Of a DNA stretch of 64,000 bases, positions 15,549 to 23,536 are shown piece by piece. The position numbers were made by a program, and so were the translations under genes. The notes beneath the pieces were generated by a model. It searched no databases, was not told where the DNA came from, and worked only from the letters and a program-made list of their open reading frames with translations. This stretch comes from an uncultured Lentisphaerota bacterium. GTDB lineage: Bacteria; Verrucomicrobiota; Kiritimatiellia; RFP12; UBA1067. Numbering within the stretch: position 1 is the stretch's first letter; the number at the start of each line of letters is the position of its first letter. The DNA is taken from NCBI GenBank assembly GCA_900321255.1, contig ONVK01000002.1:7856-71855 (forward strand), written 5' to 3'.

Positions 15549-18500
15549 ACCAGGTTCCTCCCACAGCATTTCTTGTACTTCTTCCCCGACCCGCACGGGC
15601 AGGGATCGTTGCGCCCCACGGCGGGCTGCGCGCGCGGCGCGGCGACTGGGGCTGGGGCCGCGCCGTGCGGCGCGACCGGCGGACGCGACATCATCGACGC
15701 GAAGACGTCGCCTATCGTCTTCTGGGACGCGCCGCCTCTCTCGGGCTCGGCCGCGGCCGCGCCCGACGACCTCTCGCTGTCCGTCACGGTGATTTCGTCG
15801 GCGTTGGTGCGGACGTGATGAACCCCGGCCGCGGCGAGCATGCGCTGCATGCGCGCAGCGGTCGCGCTCCTGAACTCGGCAGAGACGACCTTGGTCTTTA
15901 TCGTGGCAATCAGCGTCTCGAACATCGAGAACGCCTCCTTCTTGTATTCGATCAGCGGATCGCGCTGACCGTATGCGCGAAGGTTAACTCCCTGCCTGAG
16001 GTCGTCCATCGCGCGGAGGTAGTCCTGCCATTCGCGGTCGATCACCTGAAGGAACACGCCGCGTTCCATGAAGGGAAGAGTCTCCGCGTCCTCGCTCGCG
16101 CACTTCGCCTCGTAGGCCTCCTCGACGCGCTTGTAGACAAGGTCGCCCGCAAGACCGGGCGTGCCCATAAGCGGGCGCAGCTCCTCCTCGGTCACGGATA
16201 CCGGGAACGAGACCCCGAGCCAGCTCATGAAGTCCTCGAGAGAGCCGTCCTTCGGGCTGAAGAGGTAGCGCTCGGCCTGGGTCTGGATGAGGTCGTTGGC
16301 GACATCGAGGACAAGGCCGTGTACTGTCGCGGCGTCGCCTGTGAGCACCTTGCCGCGAAGCTCGTAGACGATCGTGCGCTGCTTGTTCATCACGTCGTCG
16401 TACTCGAGCGTGCGCTTGCGGACGGCGAAGTGCTGCTGCTCGACGCGGCGCTGCGCCGTCTCGACCGACTTGTTGAGCCAGCGGTGCTCCATGACCTCGC
16501 CTTCCTGGAGCCCGAGCTTCTGCATTATGCCGGAGATTCTCTGGGAGCCGAAGAGGCGCATGAGCTGGTCTTCGAGCGAGATGAAGAACTGCGAGGAACC
16601 GGGGTCGCCCTGGCGCGAGCAGCGGCCCCTGAGCTGGCGGTCGATGCGACGCGACTCATGGCGCTCGGAACCGATGACATGGAGTCCACCGACCTCTGCG
16701 ACGCCCTCTCCGAGCTTGATGTCGGTGCCGCGGCCCGCCATGTTAGTCGCGATCGTGACTGCGCCGCGCTGGCCCGCGAGCGCTACGATCTCGGCTTCGC
16801 GAGCGTGGTTCTTGGCGTTCAAGACCTCGTGCGGGATGTGCGCGAGCTTGAGCATGCGAGAAAGGATCTCGGAAGTGTCGACCGTCACGGTGCCGAGGAG
16901 GATCGGCTGGCCCTTCGCGTGGCGCTCGGCTACGTCGGCGATGATCGCCTTGAACTTCTCGCGCTGGGTGCGGTAGATCTGGTCGTTGCCGTCGATGCGG
17001 TTCACCGGCTTGTTTGTCGGGATCGAGACGACGTCGAGCTTGTAGATTGACTTGAATTCGCTCGCCTCGGTCTCGGCGGTGCCGGTCATGCCGGCGAGCT
17101 TCTTGTAGAGGCGGAAGTAGTTCTGGATCGTGATCGTCGCGAGGGTCTGCGACTCCTTCTCGATCTCGACGCCCTCCTTCGCCTCGACCGCCTGATGGAG
17201 ACCGTCGGACCACCTGCGCCCCGGAAGGACGCGGCCCGTGAACTCGTCGACGATGTAGACGTGGTTGTCCTGCACGACGTAGTCGACGTCGCGTTCGTAG
17301 AGGCAGTAGGCGCGGAGGAGCTGGTCAACGACGTGCACGCGGTCGGACTTCTCGACGAACGACGACTGCGTGTCGCGACGGCGCTCGAGGCGCTCCTGCT
17401 CGGTAAGCGACGTGTCGCCGTCAATCGCGCTCATCTCGGCGGCGAGGTCGGGGAGGACGAAGAGCTTCGGGTCCTCTGGGCATATCTTCTCGCAGCCCTT
17501 GTCGGTCAGCGAGACCTCGCGAGTCCGCTCGTCGATCGTGAAGTAGAGCTCCTCCTTGAGCCCGCGGGCATGCTCCTTGCGCATCTCGGAGAGCATCTGC
17601 ATCTCGACGTCCTCGTGCATCTTGCGGACATCGGCGTCCTCGAGGAGGTGCATGAGCTGCTTGTGCTTCGGCATCGAGTGGTAGACCTGGTAGATCTTGT
17701 CCTTCACGAGTTCGACGTCGCCAGAGGCAAGCGCCTTCTTCGCCTCCTGAATGAAGTCGTTGCACTGCGCAGTCTGGACGCGCACGATCGAAGAGACGAG
17801 CGGATTCAGGTTTTGGTAGATGTGCGACGTGGAGAGCGTCGCGGGACCGGAAATGATGAGCGGCGTCCTCGCCTCGTCGATGAGGATCGAGTCGACTTCG
17901 TCGACGATCGCGAAGTTGTGGCCGTTCTGCACGACATCCTCGGGCCGCTGGGCCATGCCGTTGTCGCGAAGGTAGTCGAAACCGAACTCGCTGTTCGTGC
18001 CGTAGGTGATGTCGCACGCATACTGGGCGCGCCTCTCCTCGGAATCCATCGAGTTCTGGATGCAGCCCACCGTGAGGCCGAGGAACTTGTAGAGGTGTCC
18101 CATCCACGCGGCGTCGCGGCGCGCGAGATAGTCGTTCACGGTGACGAGCTGGACGTTCTTCCCGGAGAGCGCGTTCAGGTAGAGCGGCAACGTCGCCACG
18201 AGCGTCTTGCCTTCGCCCGTCTGCATCTCGGAGATGTTGCCGCGGTGCAGGACTATGCCGCCGATGAGCTGTACGTCGAACGGAATCATGTTCCAGGTAA
18301 GGGTGTGCCCGCAGACCTCCGCCGTAGTCCCGCACAGATGGCGGCAGGCGTTCTTCACGAGCGCGAACGCCTCGGGGAGGATGTGGTCGAGAGACTCGCC
18401 CTTCGCGACACGGTCCTTGAACTCCTGGGTCATGCGCGGATAGTCCTCGTCCGCGAAATTCTTGGCCTGGTATTCCTGCTCGATGCGATTAATCTCACGG

Positions 18501-18568
18501 ACGACCGGCCAGAGCTTTTTCAGCTCCCGATCGTTCTTCGTTCCAAACAAAAACTTCAAAATGTTCAT
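15545..18568 (-). CDS. secA: Preprotein translocase ATPase SecA
   Basis: 1007 aa. MQTGEGKTLVATLP (Walker A), FAIVDEVDSILIDEARTPLIISG, TNMAGRGTDIKLG, and a C-terminal zinc finger CPCGSGKKYKKCCG. Confidence 0.97.
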   Translation of the reverse strand: MNILKFLFGTKNDRELKKLWPVVREINRIEQEYQAKNFADEDYPRMTQEFKDRVAKGESLDHILPEAFALVKNACRHLCGTTAEVCGHTLTWNMIPFDVQLIGGIVLHRGNISEMQTGEGKTLVATLPLYLNALSGKNVQLVTVNDYLARRDAAWMGHLYKFLGLTVGCIQNSMDSEERRAQYACDITYGTNSEFGFDYLRDNGMAQRPEDVVQNGHNFAIVDEVDSILIDEARTPLIISGPATLSTSHIYQNLNPLVSSIVRVQTAQCNDFIQEAKKALASGDVELVKDKIYQVYHSMPKHKQLMHLLEDADVRKMHEDVEMQMLSEMRKEHARGLKEELYFTIDERTREVSLTDKGCEKICPEDPKLFVLPDLAAEMSAIDGDTSLTEQERLERRRDTQSSFVEKSDRVHVVDQLLRAYCLYERDVDYVVQDNHVYIVDEFTGRVLPGRRWSDGLHQAVEAKEGVEIEKESQTLATITIQNYFRLYKKLAGMTGTAETEASEFKSIYKLDVVSIPTNKPVNRIDGNDQIYRTQREKFKAIIADVAERHAKGQPILLGTVTVDTSEILSRMLKLAHIPHEVLNAKNHAREAEIVALAGQRGAVTIATNMAGRGTDIKLGEGVAEVGGLHVIGSERHESRRIDRQLRGRCSRQGDPGSSQFFISLEDQLMRLFGSQRISGIMQKLGLQEGEVMEHRWLNKSVETAQRRVEQQHFAVRKRTLEYDDVMNKQRTIVYELRGKVLTGDAATVHGLVLDVANDLIQTQAERYLFSPKDGSLEDFMSWLGVSFPVSVTEEELRPLMGTPGLAGDLVYKRVEEAYEAKCASEDAETLPFMERGVFLQVIDREWQDYLRAMDDLRQGVNLRAYGQRDPLIEYKKEAFSMFETLIATIKTKVVSAEFRSATAARMQRMLAAAGVHHVRTNADEITVTDSERSSGAAAAEPERGGASQKTIGDVFASMMSRPPVAPHGAAPAPVAAPRAQPAVGRNDPCPCGSGKKYKKCCGRNLV

Positions 18569-18578
18569 ATTCCCGGAT

Positions 18579-18591
18579 ATTATACCAAAAA
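18579..18591 (-). promoter_or_regulatory. Extended -10 promoter (TTTTTGGTATAAT) of secA; near-leaderless
   Basis: TATAAT at 18584-18579 with a possible TTCACA -35 at 18-nt spacing. ATG 18568 lies 10 nt downstream. No SD. Confidence 0.55.
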
Positions 18592-18661
18592 TTCGGGCGC
18601 AGTGTGAACCGTCTGCGGGCTTGTTTTTCCCGCTCGGCGCTGGAGCGATACATCGACCTCC

Positions 18662-21262
18662 CTACTTCAGATTTTTAACGACAAGCCTGACCGGGCCAAG
18701 AAGGCCTGCCGGGCGAAGGTCCTTGTCGGAGAGGATGTAGCGCCAGGAGCTGAAAGCGAAGCGGTTTACCGAGCGCGGCGCGTCCTTCAGGATTTCGTCA
18801 GGAATGCGCACGACCGCGCGCCCGTGCGGGATTTCCCGCCTGACTCCCTCGCTCTGGACGAACTGCACCCCGAAGCCAAGCATCTTCTTCGAGAGGATGC
18901 AGTCGTCCGGCTCCTTCTCGTCGCCGATGAGGCGGTTCGTCCAGGCGTTGGTGACGCGGACCTTAAGCGCATGCCGGCCTGGCTTGGGCGCGCGCGGAAG
19001 CTCGATGCGGTACGGCGCATGCCAAAGGGCGCCAATGCGCTCTCCGTCGAGGAACACCTCGGCTACGTCGCGCACATCGCCGAGATCAAGCGCAAACTCC
19101 CGCCCCTCCGGAACTTCGAGCGTCGTCTCGTAGGTAGCCGTTCCGGAATAATAGCGGATTCCAGATTCGGCAAAATCCGTCCACGACCTGAGCGAGGGGA
19201 GGGGAATCGCATTTGTCGGCGCGCCGCCGTCCGCGTCGAACGACAGCGTCCAGGGGCCGTCGAGCACGGCCTCGGTCGCGACGAGGTCCGGCATGCGGCG
19301 GCAGAAGCGAACACCCTCTTCGCGGAAGACGACGAATACGCTCCCCTCTGCGGGGAGCTCGAGTTCGACGGGCGTCACGCCGTTCTCCGTCCGCCACTCG
19401 CCGATGCGGCGCTTTTCGCCTGATTCCGGATTCCAGATTTCCGGCTGAAAGTCCTTCCCTGCGACCTGTCGGAAGTTCGCGGCGAACTTCTTCGGCCTGT
19501 CGGTCGTGTTTGCGACGAAGAAGAACGCCGCATCGCCCGCGCGCCTGCAGGACGCCATAACGCCATCTCCGTCGCCATTCGCGATCTCAAAGTAGCGCGT
19601 GCGCTTGGATGCTTTGCCGACCTTAAGCCCCTTCGCTGCGTATTCGCGGACGAGCCCGAAGCACTTCTTCTCGACGTCGTCCCGGCTCCTGCCTTCGGCG
19701 AAGCGCTTCTCCGCGCCACTTTCGAGGAAGAGGAGAGAATACTCCCGTCCGGAAGATCTGACGCGCAGCTTACCCTCCGCCGTCACTTCTGTGTTCGTCA
19801 GGAAGTTGCCAAGCGGGAGCGCGTCCGTGCCGTCTTCGTCAAACGAGGCAAGCCCGAGCGCGTCACAGCGCATTTCGCCCTCCTGAAGAAGCGCCTGGCA
19901 GCGCTGGATATAGCGGTAGAACCCCTTCGCCGGCTCGTGCCAAGTCTGGTTCTCGCCGAAGTGCGTCCCCCACGGCCCCATGGAATAGCCGGGGCGCCAG
20001 CGCTCGCCGAGCGGCTGGTGCTCCCAGTGGTGGAGGGAAAGTCGGTTCACGCCGCGCGCCAACGTCGCGTCGAGCGGAATCTTGAGGTCGCGCGGCGTGA
20101 TTGCGAATGGATCGTCAATCGGATAGCCGGTGAACGACTCCGCACCGATGATGTTGCGGCCAAGGGCGCGGGCAACGGGCCCTGCGAACCAGCACGCGCC
20201 GCCTTTGGACGGTTCCTTCGCCCAGAACGGGAGGCCAACCCAGAACTCCGTCATCGGAACGTCGCAGAACTGCGACGCCTCGTAGGAGTCGAACGGGCCG
20301 GAATACGGCTCAAGGTGGAACTTGAAGCCGGCGGCGTTGAGCCGCTCCTTGAACACCTTGTAGTGGCGCTCTGTCTGAAGCTCGTTTTTCGTGCGCTCGA
20401 AGTCGCGGCGGAACTGCTCCTCGCGCTCCGCGCCGAAATCGGTGCCGAGCTTCGCGATCACAGGCAGGAACGGCACAGGGTCGTAGCCGCGGCGCTTCAT
20501 GAACTCCTGCGCGAAGTCATCGGTCCATGACGCATCGCCCGCCTCGTAGCTGTCCATGAGGATGAACGCGAGCCCGGGACTGGACGCGGAGATCCCGTGG
20601 GCGGCAAGCCCGTTGAGGAGATTGTCGATGTGGACGCCAACGGCCTTTGCGTTCATCTTGTCCGCCTCGAGGGAGCCCGCCTCGACATCGGGGGGCGATG
20701 GATGCGTGTTCTTGCCTGTACACGTGTAGCCGAAGCGGTACACGCCGCTCTTGGTCCTGACCCTCGCTATGTCGCGGTAGAAGCCGAGCTTGGCCTCGGG
20801 CTGCTGATCGCCCTTCGCCCAGACAAGCTTCTTCATGCCGAGTTCCGGCGTGATCCACGGCCCTCCCGAGGTGGAATATCCGGGGCAGTTGTGAAGGCCG
20901 AGCTCAAGGCCGAGCCTTTTCGCCTCCGCGACGGCGAACGAGACCATGTCCCACCACTTGTCGTTCATGTACTCGAGCCCAGGGCAGAGCGGCGTGGACA
21001 TCCGCTCCTCGCAGTCCCACCCGACGTCCTGGATGTTGAAGATCGTCGCCCCGGAGAGCCCCGCGTCGCGCATCGACTGGAGATCCCGCGTGATGCCGCT
21101 CTTCGTGACGTTGGCGCCCTGCCAGTGCCACCAGGCATTGGCTCCCCGCATCTGCGGCGGGCTGTCAAACAGCGTCTCGAGCCTTTCGGCGGGCGAAGGC
21201 TCCCCCGATGCGGTGGCGACGGCCGTCAGCGCGGCGGCCGCCGTAATCATGACTTTGAACAT
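18662..21262 (-). CDS. Secreted glycoside hydrolase, GH106 (alpha-L-rhamnosidase)-like
   Basis: Start trimmed to ATG 21262 (signal MFKVMITAAAALTAVATASG; GGAG SD). The N-terminal block FDSPPQMRGANAWWHWQGANVTKSGITRDLQSMRDAGLSGATIF and the C-terminal galactose-binding-like jelly roll (VAEVFLDGERIGALWHAPYRIEL) resemble that family. Assignment is from memory only. Confidence 0.45.
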   Translation of the reverse strand: MFKVMITAAAALTAVATASGEPSPAERLETLFDSPPQMRGANAWWHWQGANVTKSGITRDLQSMRDAGLSGATIFNIQDVGWDCEERMSTPLCPGLEYMNDKWWDMVSFAVAEAKRLGLELGLHNCPGYSTSGGPWITPELGMKKLVWAKGDQQPEAKLGFYRDIARVRTKSGVYRFGYTCTGKNTHPSPPDVEAGSLEADKMNAKAVGVHIDNLLNGLAAHGISASSPGLAFILMDSYEAGDASWTDDFAQEFMKRRGYDPVPFLPVIAKLGTDFGAEREEQFRRDFERTKNELQTERHYKVFKERLNAAGFKFHLEPYSGPFDSYEASQFCDVPMTEFWVGLPFWAKEPSKGGACWFAGPVARALGRNIIGAESFTGYPIDDPFAITPRDLKIPLDATLARGVNRLSLHHWEHQPLGERWRPGYSMGPWGTHFGENQTWHEPAKGFYRYIQRCQALLQEGEMRCDALGLASFDEDGTDALPLGNFLTNTEVTAEGKLRVRSSGREYSLLFLESGAEKRFAEGRSRDDVEKKCFGLVREYAAKGLKVGKASKRTRYFEIANGDGDGVMASCRRAGDAAFFFVANTTDRPKKFAANFRQVAGKDFQPEIWNPESGEKRRIGEWRTENGVTPVELELPAEGSVFVVFREEGVRFCRRMPDLVATEAVLDGPWTLSFDADGGAPTNAIPLPSLRSWTDFAESGIRYYSGTATYETTLEVPEGREFALDLGDVRDVAEVFLDGERIGALWHAPYRIELPRAPKPGRHALKVRVTNAWTNRLIGDEKEPDDCILSKKMLGFGVQFVQSEGVRREIPHGRAVVRIPDEILKDAPRSVNRFAFSSWRYILSDKDLRPAGLLGPVRLVVKNLK

Positions 21263-21335
21263 GGTATATCTCCTCACGACTGAAATTTTACACCATGCGC
21301 GTCCGTTCTGCAACCCCCACGGCAGAGGGGCGTGG

Positions 21336-22157
21336 TCAGAGGACGCGGTTGTCGATGAGACGCGTCCTGCCGCAGTAGGCGGCGACGAGAAGGCAGCACC
21401 CCTTCCTCGGGGTTCTGCGCGGCTCGAGCGTCTCTGCGTCGACGCACTCGACGTAGTCGACCTTCAGCCCCGCCTTCTCAAGCGACTTTCGAAGCGCGGC
21501 AAGCGTCTTCGCTCCGCCCTTCGCGCCGAACGACATGAGCCCGCGGGAGATCGCGACCGCCCTTTCGCGCTCCTCGGGCGAAAGGTAGGTGTTGCGCGAC
21601 GAGCGGGCAAGGCCGCTTTTCTCGCGCACGATTGGGGCGACGACGATCTTGAGGTCGAAATTGAGGTCGCGCACCATCCGCTTTATCACCTGCGCCTGCT
21701 GGTAGTCCTTCTGCCCGAAGACGGCGAAGTCCGGGTGCGCGAGGTTGAAGAGCTTCGCGACGACGGTGCACACTCCGCGGAAGTGCCCGGGGCGGCGCGC
21801 GCCGCAGAGCCCCTTCGAAAGGTCCTCCTCGTTCACGTATACGCTGTGGCGCCCGAGGTACATGTTCTGCGGCGTCGGGAAGAAGACAGCCGTCGCGCCC
21901 GCCTCGCGGCACTTCGCGAGGTCGGCCTTCTCGTCGCGGGGATACTTCTCGTAGTCCTCGTTCGGCCCGAACTGGACCGGGTTCACGAACACGCTCACGA
22001 CGATTTCGTCGGCGCCGCGCCTCTTCGCCTCGCGGATGAGCGAGAGATGCCCGTCGTGGAGGTAGCCCATCGTGGGGACGAGCGCAATCTTGGCGCCCGC
22101 AAGCTTGCGCGCGCGGCACCACTTCTGGAGTTTCCGGGGTTCTTTGAAGATTTTCAT
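21336..22157 (-). CDS. panC: Pantoate--beta-alanine ligase
   Basis: LVPTMGYLHDGHLSLI, VVSVFVNPVQFGPNEDYEKYPR, PGHFRGVCTVVAKLFN, FGQKDYQQ. Confidence 0.93.
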   Translation of the reverse strand: MKIFKEPRKLQKWCRARKLAGAKIALVPTMGYLHDGHLSLIREAKRRGADEIVVSVFVNPVQFGPNEDYEKYPRDEKADLAKCREAGATAVFFPTPQNMYLGRHSVYVNEEDLSKGLCGARRPGHFRGVCTVVAKLFNLAHPDFAVFGQKDYQQAQVIKRMVRDLNFDLKIVVAPIVREKSGLARSSRNTYLSPEERERAVAISRGLMSFGAKGGAKTLAALRKSLEKAGLKVDYVECVDAETLEPRRTPRKGCCLLVAAYCGRTRLIDNRVL

Positions 22158-22165
22158 GGTGGTTT

Positions 22166-22231
22166 AAGAGTCAGGAGTCAGGGGTCAGGAGTCAGGAGTT
22201 GGAGTTTAGAGTTGGAGTTGGAGAATGGAAT
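22166..22231. repeat. Heptad/hexad tandem array GAGTCAG x4, then GTTGGA-type units
   Basis: GTCAG at 22170, 22177, 22184 and 22191. GTTGG/GTTTA at 22198, 22204, 22211 and 22217. Confidence 0.9.
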
Positions 22232-22258
22232 TGATATCTTTTTTAGTAGAATTTTTAA

Positions 22259-22313
22259 CGCAGAGACGCAGAGGCGCAGAGGGAGTTGGAGAGTGGATGG
22301 TTAGGGGTTAGGG
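22259..22313. repeat. Octamer CGCAGAGN x3, plus GTTAGGG x2 overlapping the dprA stop
   Basis: CGCAGAG at 22259, 22267 and 22275. GTTAGGG at 22300 and 22307. Confidence 0.8.
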
Positions 22314-23429
22314 GGCGCGGGGGAGAGCGACGCGGTTGCCCGGGAAGAATCGGACGCGTCCCTTGAGCCGCAGGGCCATGCAAAGCGCGTTGACCTTCTC
22401 GGCGGGAAGACCAGTCCGTCTGATTAGGACGTCCATCTGCACGCCTTCGGCATCCACCTCGCGCATTATCATCGACTCCTCGACCGAGAACGGCGGCGGC
22501 GGCGCATGCTTTTTCTCCGTCGCGGCGGCGCGCGGCCTGCGCTTCGGCTTCGGCACCGCTCCATCCGCGGCCGGGAGAAGCGGGGAAATTTCGCCGATGA
22601 CGTCGGCCGCTGTGCGGACAAGCCTCGCCCCGTCCCTGATGAGCTGCAGGCACCCGGCGCTCGAGCGGCTGTCGACGCGACCCGGCAGAGCCATCACGAC
22701 GCGGCCCATGTCGGCGGCGCACGACGTCGTTATGAGCGTGCCGCTCTTGAACGGCGCCTCGATCGCGACAACGCCGCGCGCGAGCGCCGCGACCGTGTGG
22801 TTGCGCTGAGGGAAAGTCTGGGTATCGGGACTGCGGCCGAACGGGAACTCGCTGACGACAGCGCCTCCCTTCTCGACGATCTCGCGCGCAAGCGCGCGGT
22901 TCTCCTCCGGATAGAACTCGTCAAGCCCCGAGCCGATCACGCCGACGGTCTTCCCCTCCGCGGCAAGTGCGCCGCGGTGCGACTCGGCGTCTATGCCGAG
23001 CGCAAGCCCCGAAACGACAACCCAGCCCTCTTCCGCAAGCCCCTTCGCGATCTTGAACGACTGGTCGAGCCCGTACGGCGTCGCGCGGCGCGTGCCGACG
23101 ATGGCGACCGACGGCGAGGAGAGAAGCGACGCATCGCCCTTGACGTAGAGAGCGAGAGGATGGGAAGGCTGCTCGAGAAGCTGCGGCGGATACGCCGCGT
23201 CGACGGGCGTGACGATCTCCACGCCGTAGCGCTTCGCGAGCGAAAACTCGCGCTTCCAGTCGATCTCGCCGCCGGAGCGCGCGACCTTGAAGGGATACGT
23301 CTCCCACGCGGCCGAAGCGGAACCTGCCGCGGCGACAAGCTCCGCAAGCTTGACCGAACCGACCTTGTCCGTCAGATTGAACGCCACGAACGCTTCGCGT
23401 TCCGAGATTTTGCCCTCTTGATTCATCAT
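22308..23429 (-). CDS. dprA: DNA processing protein DprA (Smf)
   Basis: VAIVGTRRATPYG, VVSGLALGIDAESHRGAL, TVGVIGSGLDEFYPEEN, SEFPFGRSPDTQTFPQRNHTVAAL, plus a C-terminal winged-helix-like tail. Confidence 0.9.
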   Translation of the reverse strand: MMNQEGKISEREAFVAFNLTDKVGSVKLAELVAAAGSASAAWETYPFKVARSGGEIDWKREFSLAKRYGVEIVTPVDAAYPPQLLEQPSHPLALYVKGDASLLSSPSVAIVGTRRATPYGLDQSFKIAKGLAEEGWVVVSGLALGIDAESHRGALAAEGKTVGVIGSGLDEFYPEENRALAREIVEKGGAVVSEFPFGRSPDTQTFPQRNHTVAALARGVVAIEAPFKSGTLITTSCAADMGRVVMALPGRVDSRSSAGCLQLIRDGARLVRTAADVIGEISPLLPAADGAVPKPKRRPRAAATEKKHAPPPPFSVEESMIMREVDAEGVQMDVLIRRTGLPAEKVNALCMALRLKGRVRFFPGNRVALPRAP

Positions 23430-23447
23430 CCCGCGATATGATATACT
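23418..23447 (+). promoter_or_regulatory. tRNA-Glu promoter TTGATT-18-TGATATACT
   Basis: -35 at 23418-23423. TG at 23439-23440. -10 TATACT at 23442-23447. The tRNA 5' end is at 23460. Overlaps the first codons of the divergent dprA. Confidence 0.6.
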
Positions 23448-23459
23448 ATGCGCGTTTTT

Positions 23460-23534
23460 GGCCCCATCGTCTATCGGCTAGGACACGAGCTTTTCATGCT
23501 TGGTAGAGGAGTTCGACTCTCCTTGGGGCTGCCA
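23460..23534 (+). tRNA. tRNA-Glu (anticodon UUC), CCA encoded
   Basis: 75-nt manual cloverleaf. Acceptor GGCCCCA/TGGGGCT; D-arm GTCT..AGAC-like with a GG loop; anticodon stem CGAGC/GCTTG with loop TTTTCAT (anticodon TTC); T-arm AGGAG-TTCGACT-CTCCT; discriminator G; CCA. Closely resembles E. coli tRNA-Glu (TCGTCTA..AGGACAC). Confidence 0.9.
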
Positions 23535-23536
23535 CC

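Noticed and set aside
21264-21335. Hairpin CCACG-N9-CGTGG after panC as a terminator
   Set aside because: The stem is only 5 bp with no U-tract, so it is too weak to call.
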